Assembly (NCBI GenBank): GCA_965203295.1
Contig: CBDBCZ010000017.1
Coordinates: forward strand, 1,792,001-1,856,000
DNA length: 64,000 nucleotides
Direction of reading: 5' to 3'
Origin: Nitrospirales bacterium
Lineage (GTDB): Bacteria; Nitrospirota; Nitrospiria; Nitrospirales; UBA8639
Shown here: piece after piece, positions 53,199 through 64,000 of the stretch
Numbering within the stretch: position 1 is the first letter of the stretch
How the letters are laid out: every line of letters starts with the position of its first letter
Made by a program: the position numbers and the translations under genes
The notes under the pieces: model-generated
What the model was told of the DNA's origin: nothing
What the model saw: the letters and a program-made list of their open reading frames with translations, nothing else
The model's database searches: none

Positions 53199-53301
53199 GT
53201 GTCTCAGCAGTAATTCTGATTCCATACCTGTTGGTTCATATTCATTCGCAAGAGTTTCTCTTCACTTCCCCTCCTCCCCCTCCCCTCCCCTCCTCCCATA
53301 G

Positions 53302-53662
53302 ATTGGTCAGGACATGGTCCCTCGTGAGGTGGCCCTCTTGCACTGCCTGGACCACAAGTTTGTCATCAAGATGCTAGACTACTTTGAGGACTCTGACCAC
53401 TTCTACATTGTCATGGAGAGGCCCGAAAAGTACATCGACTTGTTTGACTACATCACGCAGAAGGGCGTGGTGAGTGAGCGCTCGTCTCGCTACCTGTTCC
53501 GGCAGATCTTGGAGGCGGTGCAGTACTGCCAGGCGATGGGCGTGGTCCACCGGGATGTGAAGGATGAGAACATCCTCATTGATCTCAAGACTAACCAGAT
53601 CAAACTCATAGACTTTGGCTCTGGGACCTTCTTCAGGGAGGGCACCTACACAGAGTACGAAG
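53302..53662 (+). CDS. PIM: PIM-family kinase, exon 4
   Basis: VPREVALL, PIM-type hinge MERPEKYIDLFDYI, HRDVKDENILID, IDFGSG. Confidence 0.97.
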
Positions 53663-54693
53663 GTGAGCCATTGTGGATAATACATTGTACCTGTGCATGC
53701 ACATATCGTACCACCCGACTCTACTTAAATGTGTAGGTTTTTGGTGTCTTGAGAGTGTTTTGAGTGGCCTTAGCAAGCGGCAAGTATGTACAGCGGTCTG
53801 CTAGTCCTATTTCTCAATCCACACTGATTAGCGCTTAGTAATCAATAGCGCTTTGCTTTGTATAGGAATTTTAAAGCCCCTTGCATATGCTTTAGTGCTA
53901 GCTCATGTGTGCCGTCTTAGACTATGAGCCCTCAAGCCTGTTAGTCTGGGTTGGCTTTTACCAGTAGCTAGAGGCTCTTTGTGTGGACACAGTGTAATGT
54001 AATTAGGCATGAGCTCTATTCCCATTGGATAAGCAGCTAAAAGAGCTATTCTTCTTAATTGTGTTGAAAACAGCTACGTGTAATTACCATTACAGAAACA
54101 ATACCCGACATACAATGGGCCAATAAAGTCTACTGCTGGTAGACACACTAGTTGTGTCTATGACTTGACCCAGTAGTTTACTAGTACTCCATATATTGTA
54201 TTTTGGATTATTTTCATGTACGACTCAATCACTTTTGTACCATATTCATGAATTGGGTACCTGAAGTGCAACCTTGAACTACTTTTGCTTCATGTGTGTT
54301 CATTCTCAATGTACCACATAACATTGCGGGAGGACAATTAAGTAACTGGTCGAGGAAGGATAATGCACGAGCCGAAGGCGAGTCCATTATCTACCTGAGA
54401 CCGTTACTTAATTGTCCAAGCGCGCTAATTAGTCCCGTAATGCACTGCCAAGTGGTATATAAAGTATTTAGTGCTCTCACTGACCTGAGACAGCCACAGT
54501 TCTGTTGGGCGTTATTTAGAAGTGTGTATTCTCCAGATAATGCACACTCAAGTGTGCATAAGTTTTTAATGTACGGTCATGTGATCGATTTTGAGACTTC
54601 TGATTCATCAAAGTTTACGTGAGTAGCAATAACTTGATTATCTTGATTATTAACTTGATTGATTACCCCATTCGTCTCCCCCGGCCCACATAG

Positions 54694-54870
54694 GCACACG
54701 AGTGTACTGTCCCCCTGAGTGGGTGCTGAAGCAGCGCTACCAGGCCAAGCCAGCCACTGTCTGGTCTCTGGGCATACTGCTCTATGACATGCTACTGGGA
54801 GACATTCCTTACGAGCAAGAGGACGAGATCACCTCCGGCCAGCTCCACTTCCATGTGCAGCTCTCACAAG
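54694..54870 (+). CDS. PIM: PIM-family kinase, exon 5
   Basis: [31 protein letters not shown]. Confidence 0.96.
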
Positions 54871-54930
54871 GTGAGTGCACTTCTGCGCTCATGAAATTTA
54901 AGGTGGCATTTTAGTTGGTGGGCCTGGGAA

Positions 54931-55197
54931 CTAGGTGAATTGCAGAGCATTGTGCATGCATGAGGCGAGCGTGTAGCATCCCAAGACGCACATACCTAAT
55001 TTAAGGTGCTGTCTCGGAAGTATGGTGTGGGGCAAGGGTCATTCTCAAAGCCTTCAAAGCCTCTCTTCTCTCACTTTGTCTCGAACATAAAAACATACTC
55101 AAGGGTGCAGAAAAAGAGAATAATTCAGCACAACTACGATACAGACAGACAGATGCAATTCAACTCGTTAGTGTGGAACCCGCTCACACTCGCCCAA
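54931..55197 (-). mobile_element. Short H1-type Helitron/Helentron-like element in PIM intron 5
   Basis: On minus strand: 5' TTGGGCGAGTGTGAGC, (TCTG)n, 3' CACGCTCGCC..CTAG. Confidence 0.55.
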
Positions 55198-55349
55198 CTA
55201 TGGTCACAGCTTGTAGTGATAATTTGGGAAGGTAGTGGTAGGTCACAGACCTTAGGCTGTCTAATCCTATGAATGAATGTAGCTGCATGGCCAACCCATG
55301 ACTTTGTATAGATTGAGAATCGACTGTTCTTCTCTCTCCCATCCTGCAG

Positions 55350-55777
55350 AGGCTAAGTCCCTTATTCGGCGGATGCTTTCCTTGAGACCGCAGGACCGAC
55401 CGACGCTGGAGCAGATCCTGAATGACCCTTGGATGAAAGCTGGAGCCCAATCGAGCAAACCAACAGCCGCACCATCCCCTCGGCAGCCAAAAGCAAACCC
55501 CTCGGTGACTCCATACCCGACGAGAGAAGCCCTTGCTTCTAACTTTACTCCCCCTGTATCAAGATGCTTTCGTTACTGTGACTCCCCTAGGCCCCCTTCC
55601 TCTCCCTGCCCTCCCAGCGTGACCCCAAAAGGCTCCCCAGGCCTCTGCAGGGGTAGGGTGGAAGCCACCTCCAGTGGCAGCAGCAGCACTCCGAAACTAA
55701 AGAAAATGTCACTCGATCTCCCGCGTACCCCGCTATTGAATAGCAGAAAGGGTCGACTTCAGATCCGAAAGAACTAG
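55350..55777 (+). CDS. PIM: PIM-family kinase, last exon with Ser/Pro-rich tail
   Basis: LIRRMLSLRPQDRPTLEQILNDPWM then tail to TAG; joined CDS 1257 nt, in frame. Confidence 0.93.
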
Positions 55778-56645
55778 AAGCAAAGACTGATCAAATTTCA
55801 CCCTCTGAAGCAAGTATCACTTAATGGTCCCTGTTCAAGATTTTTTTACATTTCACAATCTCACTGAAAGCAAATTATCCCTCTGTGCTGCTTTTGAAAG
55901 TAGCTTAATAATTATTCGTTGCTGAAATCCCCAGTCTGTTCAATTTATATTAATGTCATTACGAACGACATCTTGTAAATATCACCTACACTTGTAATTC
56001 ACAGGTTATCTTTATTCATGGTTTCACTGGTTTAGAATTGAATAATTATCTGCAATGAAAAATGAGCAATGTGGGATACACTTAACTGGCAGTGGTTAAT
56101 TTGGGGTGTAGACTAGGAGTATGCATGCAGTGGTGACTGAACATCAATGGGTTGCCACCCTAAACAACATTAACTATTTATTCATGTGGGCTAAACTGTA
56201 TTATATAGTGTTGCTATTATAAGCCACAGGTCACTCACTTTGGCACTAGCGTGGATGACATGTACATGATCATTGGTACTATAAACCTATGGTGTGGAAT
56301 AACAGTGGTACCGGTATATGGAACACGGTACGTCTCTTGAGACAAGTCCTTGTGGCATCCAAGAAAAAAACTAGAAACATAAAGTGTAGCAAAGATATAG
56401 TACTGTGTACCTGTTACACTTCATTGACAGGTATTAACCTGTTGCACTTAATTGGTAGCGTTAATTTGGGGTGAAGGTCAATAGGAGCATGCGGTGGTGA
56501 CTGAACATCAATAGGTTGCTACCCTACACAAACTTTAGCCTCATAAATACAATGTGGCATTACTATCAAAAAAATAATATACATATAATTATATAGGAGC
56601 AAGTAGATGAACTGAAAATTTAGGGTCCATGCTTGCGTCCATTAC

Positions 56646-58610
56646 TCAAACATACACTGTCTGTGCAACTTTTCCCAAATCGACTGTGTTTGTGGGTAGA
56701 CCGTTGTTGCTGCAGTGCAACGTCCTCAGCTTTCTCTGGCAGCTGTATATCTTCCACGCACTGTACAGCACTATAAAGTGGTTAGACTGGAACTTGTTCG
56801 CTCTCAGATCTACAGATAGTCTTGGCAGCTGTGGGAGAGCAAACAGAGCTCCAAAGAAGAGTTGGACGACAGTGTGTGCTTGAGAGCCAATGCTGTTGTT
56901 GGGCAAAGCTAAGAACTCAAAACTTGGAGAAATGTGCTGGTTCATTAGGGCGTATGTCAAGTCTTGAAGAAGACCAGATGGGCCAAGTCTGCAATCACAA
57001 ATGCTCAAGACCTTCAAGCTTTCCTTCAGCAATAGATACCGAAAGTCTTCTCCACTGGAAGCAGTCCTAGGCAGTTCCAGAGAAGTGAAATAGAGATTTT
57101 CCACTATGAGATGGGAATGTCGGGCAAGAATGGCAAGTATACTTGTACCAGCTAGGTCCACATCAACTGCATGAATGTCCAACACATGTAGCTTATACTG
57201 GTGTTGTGAGTGGAAAAGCCAGTGTAGGACTGGAGCGCCAAGCCTCGTGTGATAGATCTTGAAGTGTTTGAAGGCAAGGGAGGCATTGGGCATGACAAAA
57301 TTGCTGGAGTTGAATGCCACGCCACATGAAGGTCGATCCGTGTCTTCAATCTTGATACGATTGAAAAAAAAGGTTTGCTTTCTCATCGTAGGATCAGCAG
57401 AAAAGAAAGCTGATGTCAGCAGGTGCAAAATGGAGAAAGGGATTGACATGTTGCTCAGGTACAATACTGAGAAACTGCGTCTTGCAAGGTGCTTAGCTAG
57501 AGCACCAATCATCATTCGGAGGTTTGAAGAGTGCAGTTTTAAGTCCAGTCCACTCAACACTATCTCCTCGAGGCTAGTTTGAGTATGGATTATGGATGCT
57601 GTTTTCTCAAGGACTGAAGCAGGACAGTGGCAACTCTCGCAGACAACCAGTGACAGTCCTTTTAGTTGAGTGTAGGGTCGCTGGTTCGATGTTGTAGGCA
57701 GTACCTCATCGTGTGAAAAGAGCGGTGCTATGCACCTGGTGTGAGCCTCAAGGCTCCTGGCAGTTGGAGCCTGAAGGAATACATAGCGAAGTGTTGGACT
57801 ATCCATTGCAAGCATCTCTCTGGCTACAAAAAATATAGCTGCCAAAGAATCCTTCAATTCTTCAGAGTTGCTGTCATCCTTTGCGCCAAACCAGAGCAAA
57901 TGGGATTTCTTTATGAATTCCCTAACCTTGGCCAGCACTGTTGGGTACTGCCGCTCATTCCAGATTGCAGATCTGATAAACTGTCCCGAAAACACGTTCA
58001 CCTGGCTGGGATAGTAGTCGCATCTGTTTATGAGCAGGTAGATAAGATCAGCATCACTGACACCACGAGAGTAGTATGTGATATAGCGCTGTGAAGGTAG
58101 AATTGTATCATCTGCAGTGATGTGAAGACCGGGTCGGAAGTGGAGGGCCCAATGTGGATTATCTCGAAGGAATTTTCGCCAGTGGTTGATTCTGAGGCAG
58201 CCCTTCACAGAAAACATCAAATCTAGTGCCAGGTGGTAGTGACTTCGGTGGCCCTCAGAGGAGACCACTATACTATTTAAAATGACCAGGGCCAGTACCT
58301 CCATATAGAACTGCTTGGTAGAATGTGCAAGCTTAGCAAGTGGTGATAATTTCAGTGTCTTCAGTTCCTTCGGTAACCGTTGCTCAGTAATAGTGCTCCA
58401 TAACGATTCCATGTCAATCCCTTTTACGAACTTGGTTCTCTCCAGCTGACAAATGTCAGCGACAGGCAAGTTGAGGAGTAGGGTCTGCCGAAGTCTGGTG
58501 GGAAGCAGCCGGAGGTAGGAGGCGGGGTAGTCCTCCAAATGAGCCATGAGGTACAGCAGCAGTTGGGTCTGAAGTCGCGGAACAGATCCGCAATTGTACA
58601 CAGCAGCCAT
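56646..58610 (-). CDS. Intronless LRRC41/MUF1-like protein (putative N-terminal BC-box, C-terminal RI-like LRRs), 654 aa
   Basis: Long open ORF; VPRLQTQLLLYL..LLPTRLRQTLLLNLPVADICQLE; LxxLxLxxN-type repeats (LKVLSICDCRLG, FLALPNNSIG, VDLRANKF); splice acceptor directly before ATG 58610. Confidence 0.8.
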   Translation of the reverse strand: MAAVYNCGSVPRLQTQLLLYLMAHLEDYPASYLRLLPTRLRQTLLLNLPVADICQLERTKFVKGIDMESLWSTITEQRLPKELKTLKLSPLAKLAHSTKQFYMEVLALVILNSIVVSSEGHRSHYHLALDLMFSVKGCLRINHWRKFLRDNPHWALHFRPGLHITADDTILPSQRYITYYSRGVSDADLIYLLINRCDYYPSQVNVFSGQFIRSAIWNERQYPTVLAKVREFIKKSHLLWFGAKDDSNSEELKDSLAAIFFVAREMLAMDSPTLRYVFLQAPTARSLEAHTRCIAPLFSHDEVLPTTSNQRPYTQLKGLSLVVCESCHCPASVLEKTASIIHTQTSLEEIVLSGLDLKLHSSNLRMMIGALAKHLARRSFSVLYLSNMSIPFSILHLLTSAFFSADPTMRKQTFFFNRIKIEDTDRPSCGVAFNSSNFVMPNASLAFKHFKIYHTRLGAPVLHWLFHSQHQYKLHVLDIHAVDVDLAGTSILAILARHSHLIVENLYFTSLELPRTASSGEDFRYLLLKESLKVLSICDCRLGPSGLLQDLTYALMNQHISPSFEFLALPNNSIGSQAHTVVQLFFGALFALPQLPRLSVDLRANKFQSNHFIVLYSAWKIYSCQRKLRTLHCSNNGLPTNTVDLGKVAQTVYV

Positions 58611-59072
58611 CTGTGTATAAATGACATAGCTACAATCAGTACACACATGCATAAATTAATGAATTGTGTAGCCTATGCCTTGTGGTATGTACACAAACAG
58701 TATCGTAGAAGTGGTGTTACACTGTATACAATACTTTCCCTGATGCAAAAACTATAATAATGCGTCCCACATTGGAGATCATAGCGGAGCCGATGATCGG
58801 CGCTGCAGAGGGCTGGCTCGCTGAGTCTAGATACTTACTTGACTTACTTTTTGAGTGTAGTGTTATGACAGCACTATTGCAGTGACCTTTTCTCACTCCT
58901 TTCTCTGTTATGCCGTCGCGTCTGCGTATTACCCGCGGCACTCGCACTAGCCACGCCCTCTACGCCCTGCAGCATGCGGCGAGTAAGTACTAAAGAGCGC
59001 TCTTCTGTAACAAATGACAAGATCTATGTTACTTATGTGCTACTGGAGCTGAAGTCCTACGTACTGGACTAC

Positions 59073-59112
59073 TAGCCTCGTTCCCAGGCTCTCTGCCCAG
59101 CTTTTTTGGCTA
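59073..59112. mobile_element. 40-bp TAG...CTA transposon remnant with 9-bp TSD
   Basis: TAGCC...GGCTA flanked by CTGGACTAC (59064-59072, 59113-59121). Confidence 0.7.
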
Positions 59113-59184
59113 CTGGACTACCTAACTACAGATACCTTCAGGTTCCAGCACGCGAATACGCTTGTCTCTCCACCACAAAGTAGC

Positions 59185-60012
59185 TTTTTTCTATGAAACT
59201 TTATTCATAAAGAAAAGGACACAGAAAAATAGCATTGCTAATAATAATTTGTGCCTTATAAAAATAGAAAGTAAAGTAAACTTACAGCAGGGTACGATGC
59301 AGTGAATCCCAAAACACGGGGAATGAAGGTGAGCAAACAACATCAACAGGTGAGTTATTCCATAGGGAAATAGAGTTGGGGACAAAAGAATGAGTTAGTT
59401 CTTGCAAATGGTTGAGGGGGGGGGGGAATAAATCTCTACTCACATGTAACCTAGTTTCTCTAAGAAAAAATACGAAAATAACATAAAGAATGAATAATTT
59501 TGAATACAGAACATAGTTTAGGAAAATTCTGTGATTAGAAAGTGAAGGCAGGTTAAACATGCATCTGTAGTAGCTAAATCATTGTATCCAGCAGTCCAGG
59601 ACTTTGCACACATTCTACAGGTGTATTTTTGTGTGTTCTCGATTAGCTGAATATCCCTTCGCAAGTGAGGATCCCAAACAGGCCGGAGCTGTGTACCGGT
59701 ATTCCAGGTGAGGACGTACTAATGAAGTGTATAGTTGGAGTAAAGTGGTTTCATCTGTTAGTCTGTAGTATCTCGGTACAGCAGTCCAATAAGTTTCCTG
59801 GTCTTACCACAAATAGTATTAATATGCTTTGACCAAGATAAGTCCACCCAATTAAGGTATTTAAAGGTGGAAACAACTTCAAGAGGGGACCCACAAAGAT
59901 TTATTGGAGAGACAGGGACTAGCGGGGTCCTTTTGCGGGAGATCTCTTTGAGTGGTTAAACATCATGAGGTTGGAGGTGGCCCATGCTTCAATAGAATTA
60001 ACGGCTGACTGG
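59185..60012 (-). mobile_element. 5'-truncated CR1/L2-group LINE (RT C-terminal region and 3' end)
   Basis: Minus-strand fragments IEAWATSNLMMFN, LEVVSTFKYL, DLSWSKHINTICGKTRKLIGLLYR, LLQLYTSLVRPHLEY, HSFVPNSISLWN; AATAAA and short A-tail at the 3' end. Confidence 0.85.
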
Positions 60013-60419
60013 CGTTAAAACCATACTATGAAATCAGTGTTAACTCTTTAAACGCCATGGGCACATTTATGTGCCCATATAAAATAGAAAAAACATGTAC
60101 TTTATATTAATGCCTAATATAAAAAGTCTAATATAAATTCATATTAATATTAGCCTTATGGATGTATTAAAACTCAGCTGGGAAAGAATTAATAAAATAA
60201 AAACCAGCAGAGTACTATGTAATAGCTAGTTAAGGTCGGTTTGGGTCAGGGGAATAGTCCGAGGCGAAGCTTTAACTGATTTAATGTACATTGGTATAGC
60301 AATGATCCCTGTATGTGGCCTCCTTTGAGTGCTACTGTAAGCGTGGGAAAAAGTGGTTGCCATGGTAATGTACATTAAAGATAAGAATTGAAAAAAAACA
60401 TGTATTGATGTAATAAAAA

Positions 60420-60505
60420 AAGACAAATCTCCCAGATAGGGACAACCTCTACAAGGGACAAAAGCCATTTCCCTAAAGTGTCCTCTTCTCGGAGGTTTCA
60501 CTGTA
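60420..60505. mobile_element. Right terminus of a Tc1/mariner-type MITE
   Basis: GGACAACCTCT..AAGGGACAAAA..GTGTCC..GAGGTTTCACTG-TA. Confidence 0.5.
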
Positions 60506-61122
60506 TGCTAATATGGCTGACACGACATAACACTGGACAAGTGTTCTAGCGCTGTAAACCTGTACACACTGTGGAGTGGAGTCAGAACTTGAATATGGTA
60601 TATATCCTGGCCCTTTGCAATTGGGTGAAACTTTTGTTTTCTTAATCCACGGTTGAGCAAACAGGTTCACTAGCAACGTTAAGTTTACAGAAGCATATCT
60701 TGACTCATGTCTTAAACTATACCTTCTTCAACCTTACCTTTTCACCTAAGCGCATTAATATTTTCCGTTATAGTCTCAGGCTAACCCATGCTTTCACTAG
60801 TTCTTGTTCCTCTTAATACTCCTTCCCTCTACTGCCATAATCTACTCATTTTGGGCAGTAAGATCTAAAGTGAAAACATGGTTCATGATCACACTCATAG
60901 TTATTCATCCCCTTTTATCTGCTACAGGCGTCCACTCAGAGCTGGACAGCATGCATCCAGCAGCTCATCATGTCCAGGAGGGACCTGTGCTGAGCAGGAT
61001 GATGCATGTGGCTTATACATGGCAGAGATCATAAGACTCAGGCATACAGATTTGCAGAAAAAATTATCAAAGCTATATACAATTACAAACTTATAGCAAC
61101 ACTACAAAAATCACTGGAATAT

Positions 61123-61959
61123 TTAAATCGTCTTCCATGGGTTTTTCTTGGCACCAGTGGCTATCTTCTTGAAATATGTCCAGCTAGTTTCATTTGGCAG
61201 GTCATTATCAAGAGCAGGGGGCTCTTTATACTCAGGGTAAACCCTTTCAATTGCATCTTTTAAGAGGGGAGAAAGATCATCAAAAGATTCCAATTTCTTT
61301 CCGAAGCCATTCCAAAGAAGAATGCCAGCACGATCACCCATTTTCATCCATGGCATCCATTGGCAAGAACGAAACCACGCCAAATCAATCTCCGCTGTGC
61401 AAGGTTTGCTTCCATCTAGTAAGTCTTCCCTTCGGGCGAAAAAGCTAAACATTTCATTTGCGTGATATTGACCACCAATGTTGGCTTGAAAATCGCCTCC
61501 AAGTGGGTTGCGATAGAAAAGTGGAACTTCAAAACTCAGGAACATGTGCCCATCCTTGATGATCCCAGGAAACTTATATGGACCCTTGGGACCATTGGCA
61601 TGCATGGGGGGAAAGTTGACTGGATCGTTAGCAATGTGGATTACCTCACACTCTTCGTTTGTCCAAGGATTCTGCCATTTATGCAAGATTTCACCTGTTT
61701 CGGGATGCAAAAAAAGCAGGATCTCTTTGGTGACAGCCCTGAAGCCGTACCCCATCTTCGAGTCACCTTCCAGCGTTTTCGAGGCGCGAATACTCATCCC
61801 CTCAAAAGTACAGATGATGCGATCGCGCTCCCCAGGGACTCGGCTATACAGCTTGCCAACCCACCAGTAGATCGCAGGGCATCCATCCCGTAAGTCAGCT
61901 ATCACCTTGCGCATTATCTTCACAGCATCAGTAGGATCATCAGGGGAAAGAGTCGCCAT
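61123..61959 (-). CDS. Intronless DUF1838-like protein (bacterial-type), 278 aa
   Basis: YWWVGKLYSRVPGERDR, FEGMSIR, LHPETGEILHKWQNPWT, VIHIANDPVN, VPLFYRNPLGG, WMPWMKMGDRAG, PNETSWTYFKK; first ATG in GAAATGG context, in-frame stop upstream. Confidence 0.8.
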   Translation of the reverse strand: MATLSPDDPTDAVKIMRKVIADLRDGCPAIYWWVGKLYSRVPGERDRIICTFEGMSIRASKTLEGDSKMGYGFRAVTKEILLFLHPETGEILHKWQNPWTNEECEVIHIANDPVNFPPMHANGPKGPYKFPGIIKDGHMFLSFEVPLFYRNPLGGDFQANIGGQYHANEMFSFFARREDLLDGSKPCTAEIDLAWFRSCQWMPWMKMGDRAGILLWNGFGKKLESFDDLSPLLKDAIERVYPEYKEPPALDNDLPNETSWTYFKKIATGAKKNPWKTI

Positions 61960-62092
61960 TTCACCACGAGGCTTAGCGCACAATTAGGGCTGGTTCTCCA
62001 TGTAACATTCACTTAGAATACATCATAATGACATCATACTAAAGACGTCAATACAATGACATACTAAGAACTAGCAGTAGTAGTGGCATAAA

Positions 62093-63710
62093 TGCTGGTA
62101 ACAGTGGTAAGAGTGGTAGTGATGGTAATACTGGTAACAGTGGTAAGAGTGGTAGTGATGGTAATACTGGTAACAGTGGTAAGAGCAGTAGTGATGGTAA
62201 TACAGGTAACATTGGTAAGAGTGGTAGTGATGGTAATACAGGTAACAGTGGTAAGAGCAGTAGTGATGGTAATGCTGGTAACAGTGGTAAGAGCGGTAGT
62301 GATGGTAATACAGGTAACAGTGGTAAGAGCAGTAGTGATGGTAATACAGGTAACAGTGGTAAGAGTGGTAGTGATGGTAATACTGGTAACAGTGGTAAGA
62401 GTGGTAGTGATGGTAATACAGGTAACAGTGGTAAGAGCAGTAGTGATGGTAATACAGGTAACAGTGGTAAGAGTGGTAGTGATGGTAATACAGGTAACAG
62501 TGGTAAGAGTGGTAGTGATGGTAATGCTGGTAACAGTGGTAAGAGCGGTAGTGATGGTAATGCTGGTAACAGTGGTAAGAGTGGTAGTGATGGTAATACA
62601 GGTAACAGTAGTAAGAGCGGTAGTGATGGTAATGCTGGTAACAGTGGTAAGAGTGGTAGTGATGGTAATACAGGTAACAGTGGTAAGAGTGGTAGTGATG
62701 GTAATACTGGTAACAGTGGTAAGAGCGGTGGTGATGGTAATACAGGTAACAGTGGTAAGAGTGGTAGTGATGGTAATACAGGCAACTGTGGTAAGAGCAG
62801 TAGTGATGGTAATACTGGTAACAGTGGTAAGAGCGGTAGTGATGGTAATACAGGTAACAGTGGTAAGAGTGGTAGTGATGGTAATACAGGTAACAGTGGT
62901 AAGAGTGGTAGCGATGGTAATACAGGTAACAGTGGTAATGATGGTAATACAGGTAACAGTGGTAAGAGCGGTAATGACGGTAATACAGGTAACAGTGGTA
63001 AGAGTGGTAGTGATGATAATACAAGTAACTGTGGTAATGATGGCAATACAGGTAACAGTGGTAAGAGTGTTAGTGATGGTATTACAGGTAACAGTGGTAT
63101 GAGTGGTAGTGATAGTAATACAGGTAACAGTGGTAAGAGTGGTAGTGATGGTAATACAGGTAACAGTAGTAAGAGCGGTAGTGATGGTAATACTGGTAAC
63201 AGTGGTAAGAGCGGTAGTGATGGTAATACATAGTAATACAGGTAACAGTGGTAAGAGTGGTAGTGATGGTAATACAGGTAACAGTAGTAAAAGTGATAGT
63301 GATGGTAATACTGGTAAAAGTGGTAAGAGTGGTAGTGATGGTAATACTGGGAACAGTAGTAAGAGCAGTAGTGATGGTAATGCTGGTAAGAGTGGTAGTG
63401 ATGGTAATACAGGTAACAGTGGTAAGAGTGGTAGTGATAGTAATACTGGTAACAGTGGTAAGAGCGGTAGTGATGGTAATACTGGTAACAGTGGTAAGAG
63501 TGGCAGTGATGGTAATACAGGTAACAGTAAGCAGTGGTGAGAGTGGTTGTGATGGTAATACAAGTAACGGCGGTAAGAGCAGTAGTAATGGTATAGGTAA
63601 CAGTAAGCAGTGGTGAGAGTGGTAGTGATGGTAATACAGGTAACAGTGGTAGTGATGGTAATACTGGTAACAGTGGTAGGTGTGGTAGTGATGGTTATGC
63701 AAGTTAACAG
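62093..63710. repeat. 36-bp minisatellite built of 9-bp GGTARYRRY-like subunits (~45 units)
   Basis: Unit GGTAACAGTGGTAAGAGTGGTAGTGATGGTAATACA. Confidence 0.95.
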
Positions 63711-64000
63711 TAATAAGAGAGATATGTATAGTAGTACTGCATGTCTATTGCCCAAATCACACTAAAAACTTTTGCTCCAGATTTTAAGCTGGGCAAAAAG
63801 TAGTAAATAATGCGCTGTTCAGTTCGAAATTTGTTCACTACATAACTGAACAGGTCTTTGCATAGCAGTTTGTTTCACCTATAAAAACAGAAAAAAGGAT
63901 ATTGAAACTTGTATTTTGCTCGTCATTTGAAAATACCAACCAAAGAGGCAACACATGATACAGTTACTTGTATTATTCACAACATTCAATACAACATAAT

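Noticed and set aside
56080..56530. Two diverged ~85-bp direct repeats between the convergent PIM and LRR genes
   Set aside because: Real but looks like an ordinary local duplication with no structural features
60800..62050. Bacterial contamination as the source of the DUF1838-like ORF
   Set aside because: Single gene without operon neighbours, flanked by eukaryotic repeats; not excluded without reads but not favoured
62048..63755. Leu/Pro-, Thr-, His/Tyr- and Val-rich ORFs
   Set aside because: All frames are open because of the 36-bp repeat; no unique coding context

Overview
Eukaryotic (animal) genomic DNA with GT-AG spliced genes and many small transposons. Gene content suggests a marine invertebrate, possibly a demosponge, but this is inference only. 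Apparently intact genes: the 3' part of an ankyrin-repeat gene (six exons, 1042-6821, +), a complete six-exon PIM-family Ser/Thr kinase (48562-55777, +, 418 aa), an intronless LRRC41-like BC-box/LRR gene (56646-58610, -) and an intronless DUF1838-like gene of bacterial type (61123-61959, -). The middle (~8-45 kb) is a decayed, repeat-rich block with at least six degenerate copies of one p38-MAPK activation-loop exon. It also holds many non-autonomous DNA transposons, several with readable target-site duplications (TSDs) and in-window empty sites (Helitron-like, pogo-, P-, piggyBac-, hAT-, Mutator- and Academ-like), plus 50-bp and 63-bp minisatellites. The most notable feature is a minus-strand, intron-containing, decayed cassette (~22.9-31.8 kb). 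It reads ParB-like domain, then a DNA amino-methyltransferase-like SAM-binding motif, then a DUF927-like P-loop NTPase, then a Pro-rich repeat tail: a phage/ICE-like module in spliced animal form. All domain names come from motif recognition by eye and need HMM confirmation.
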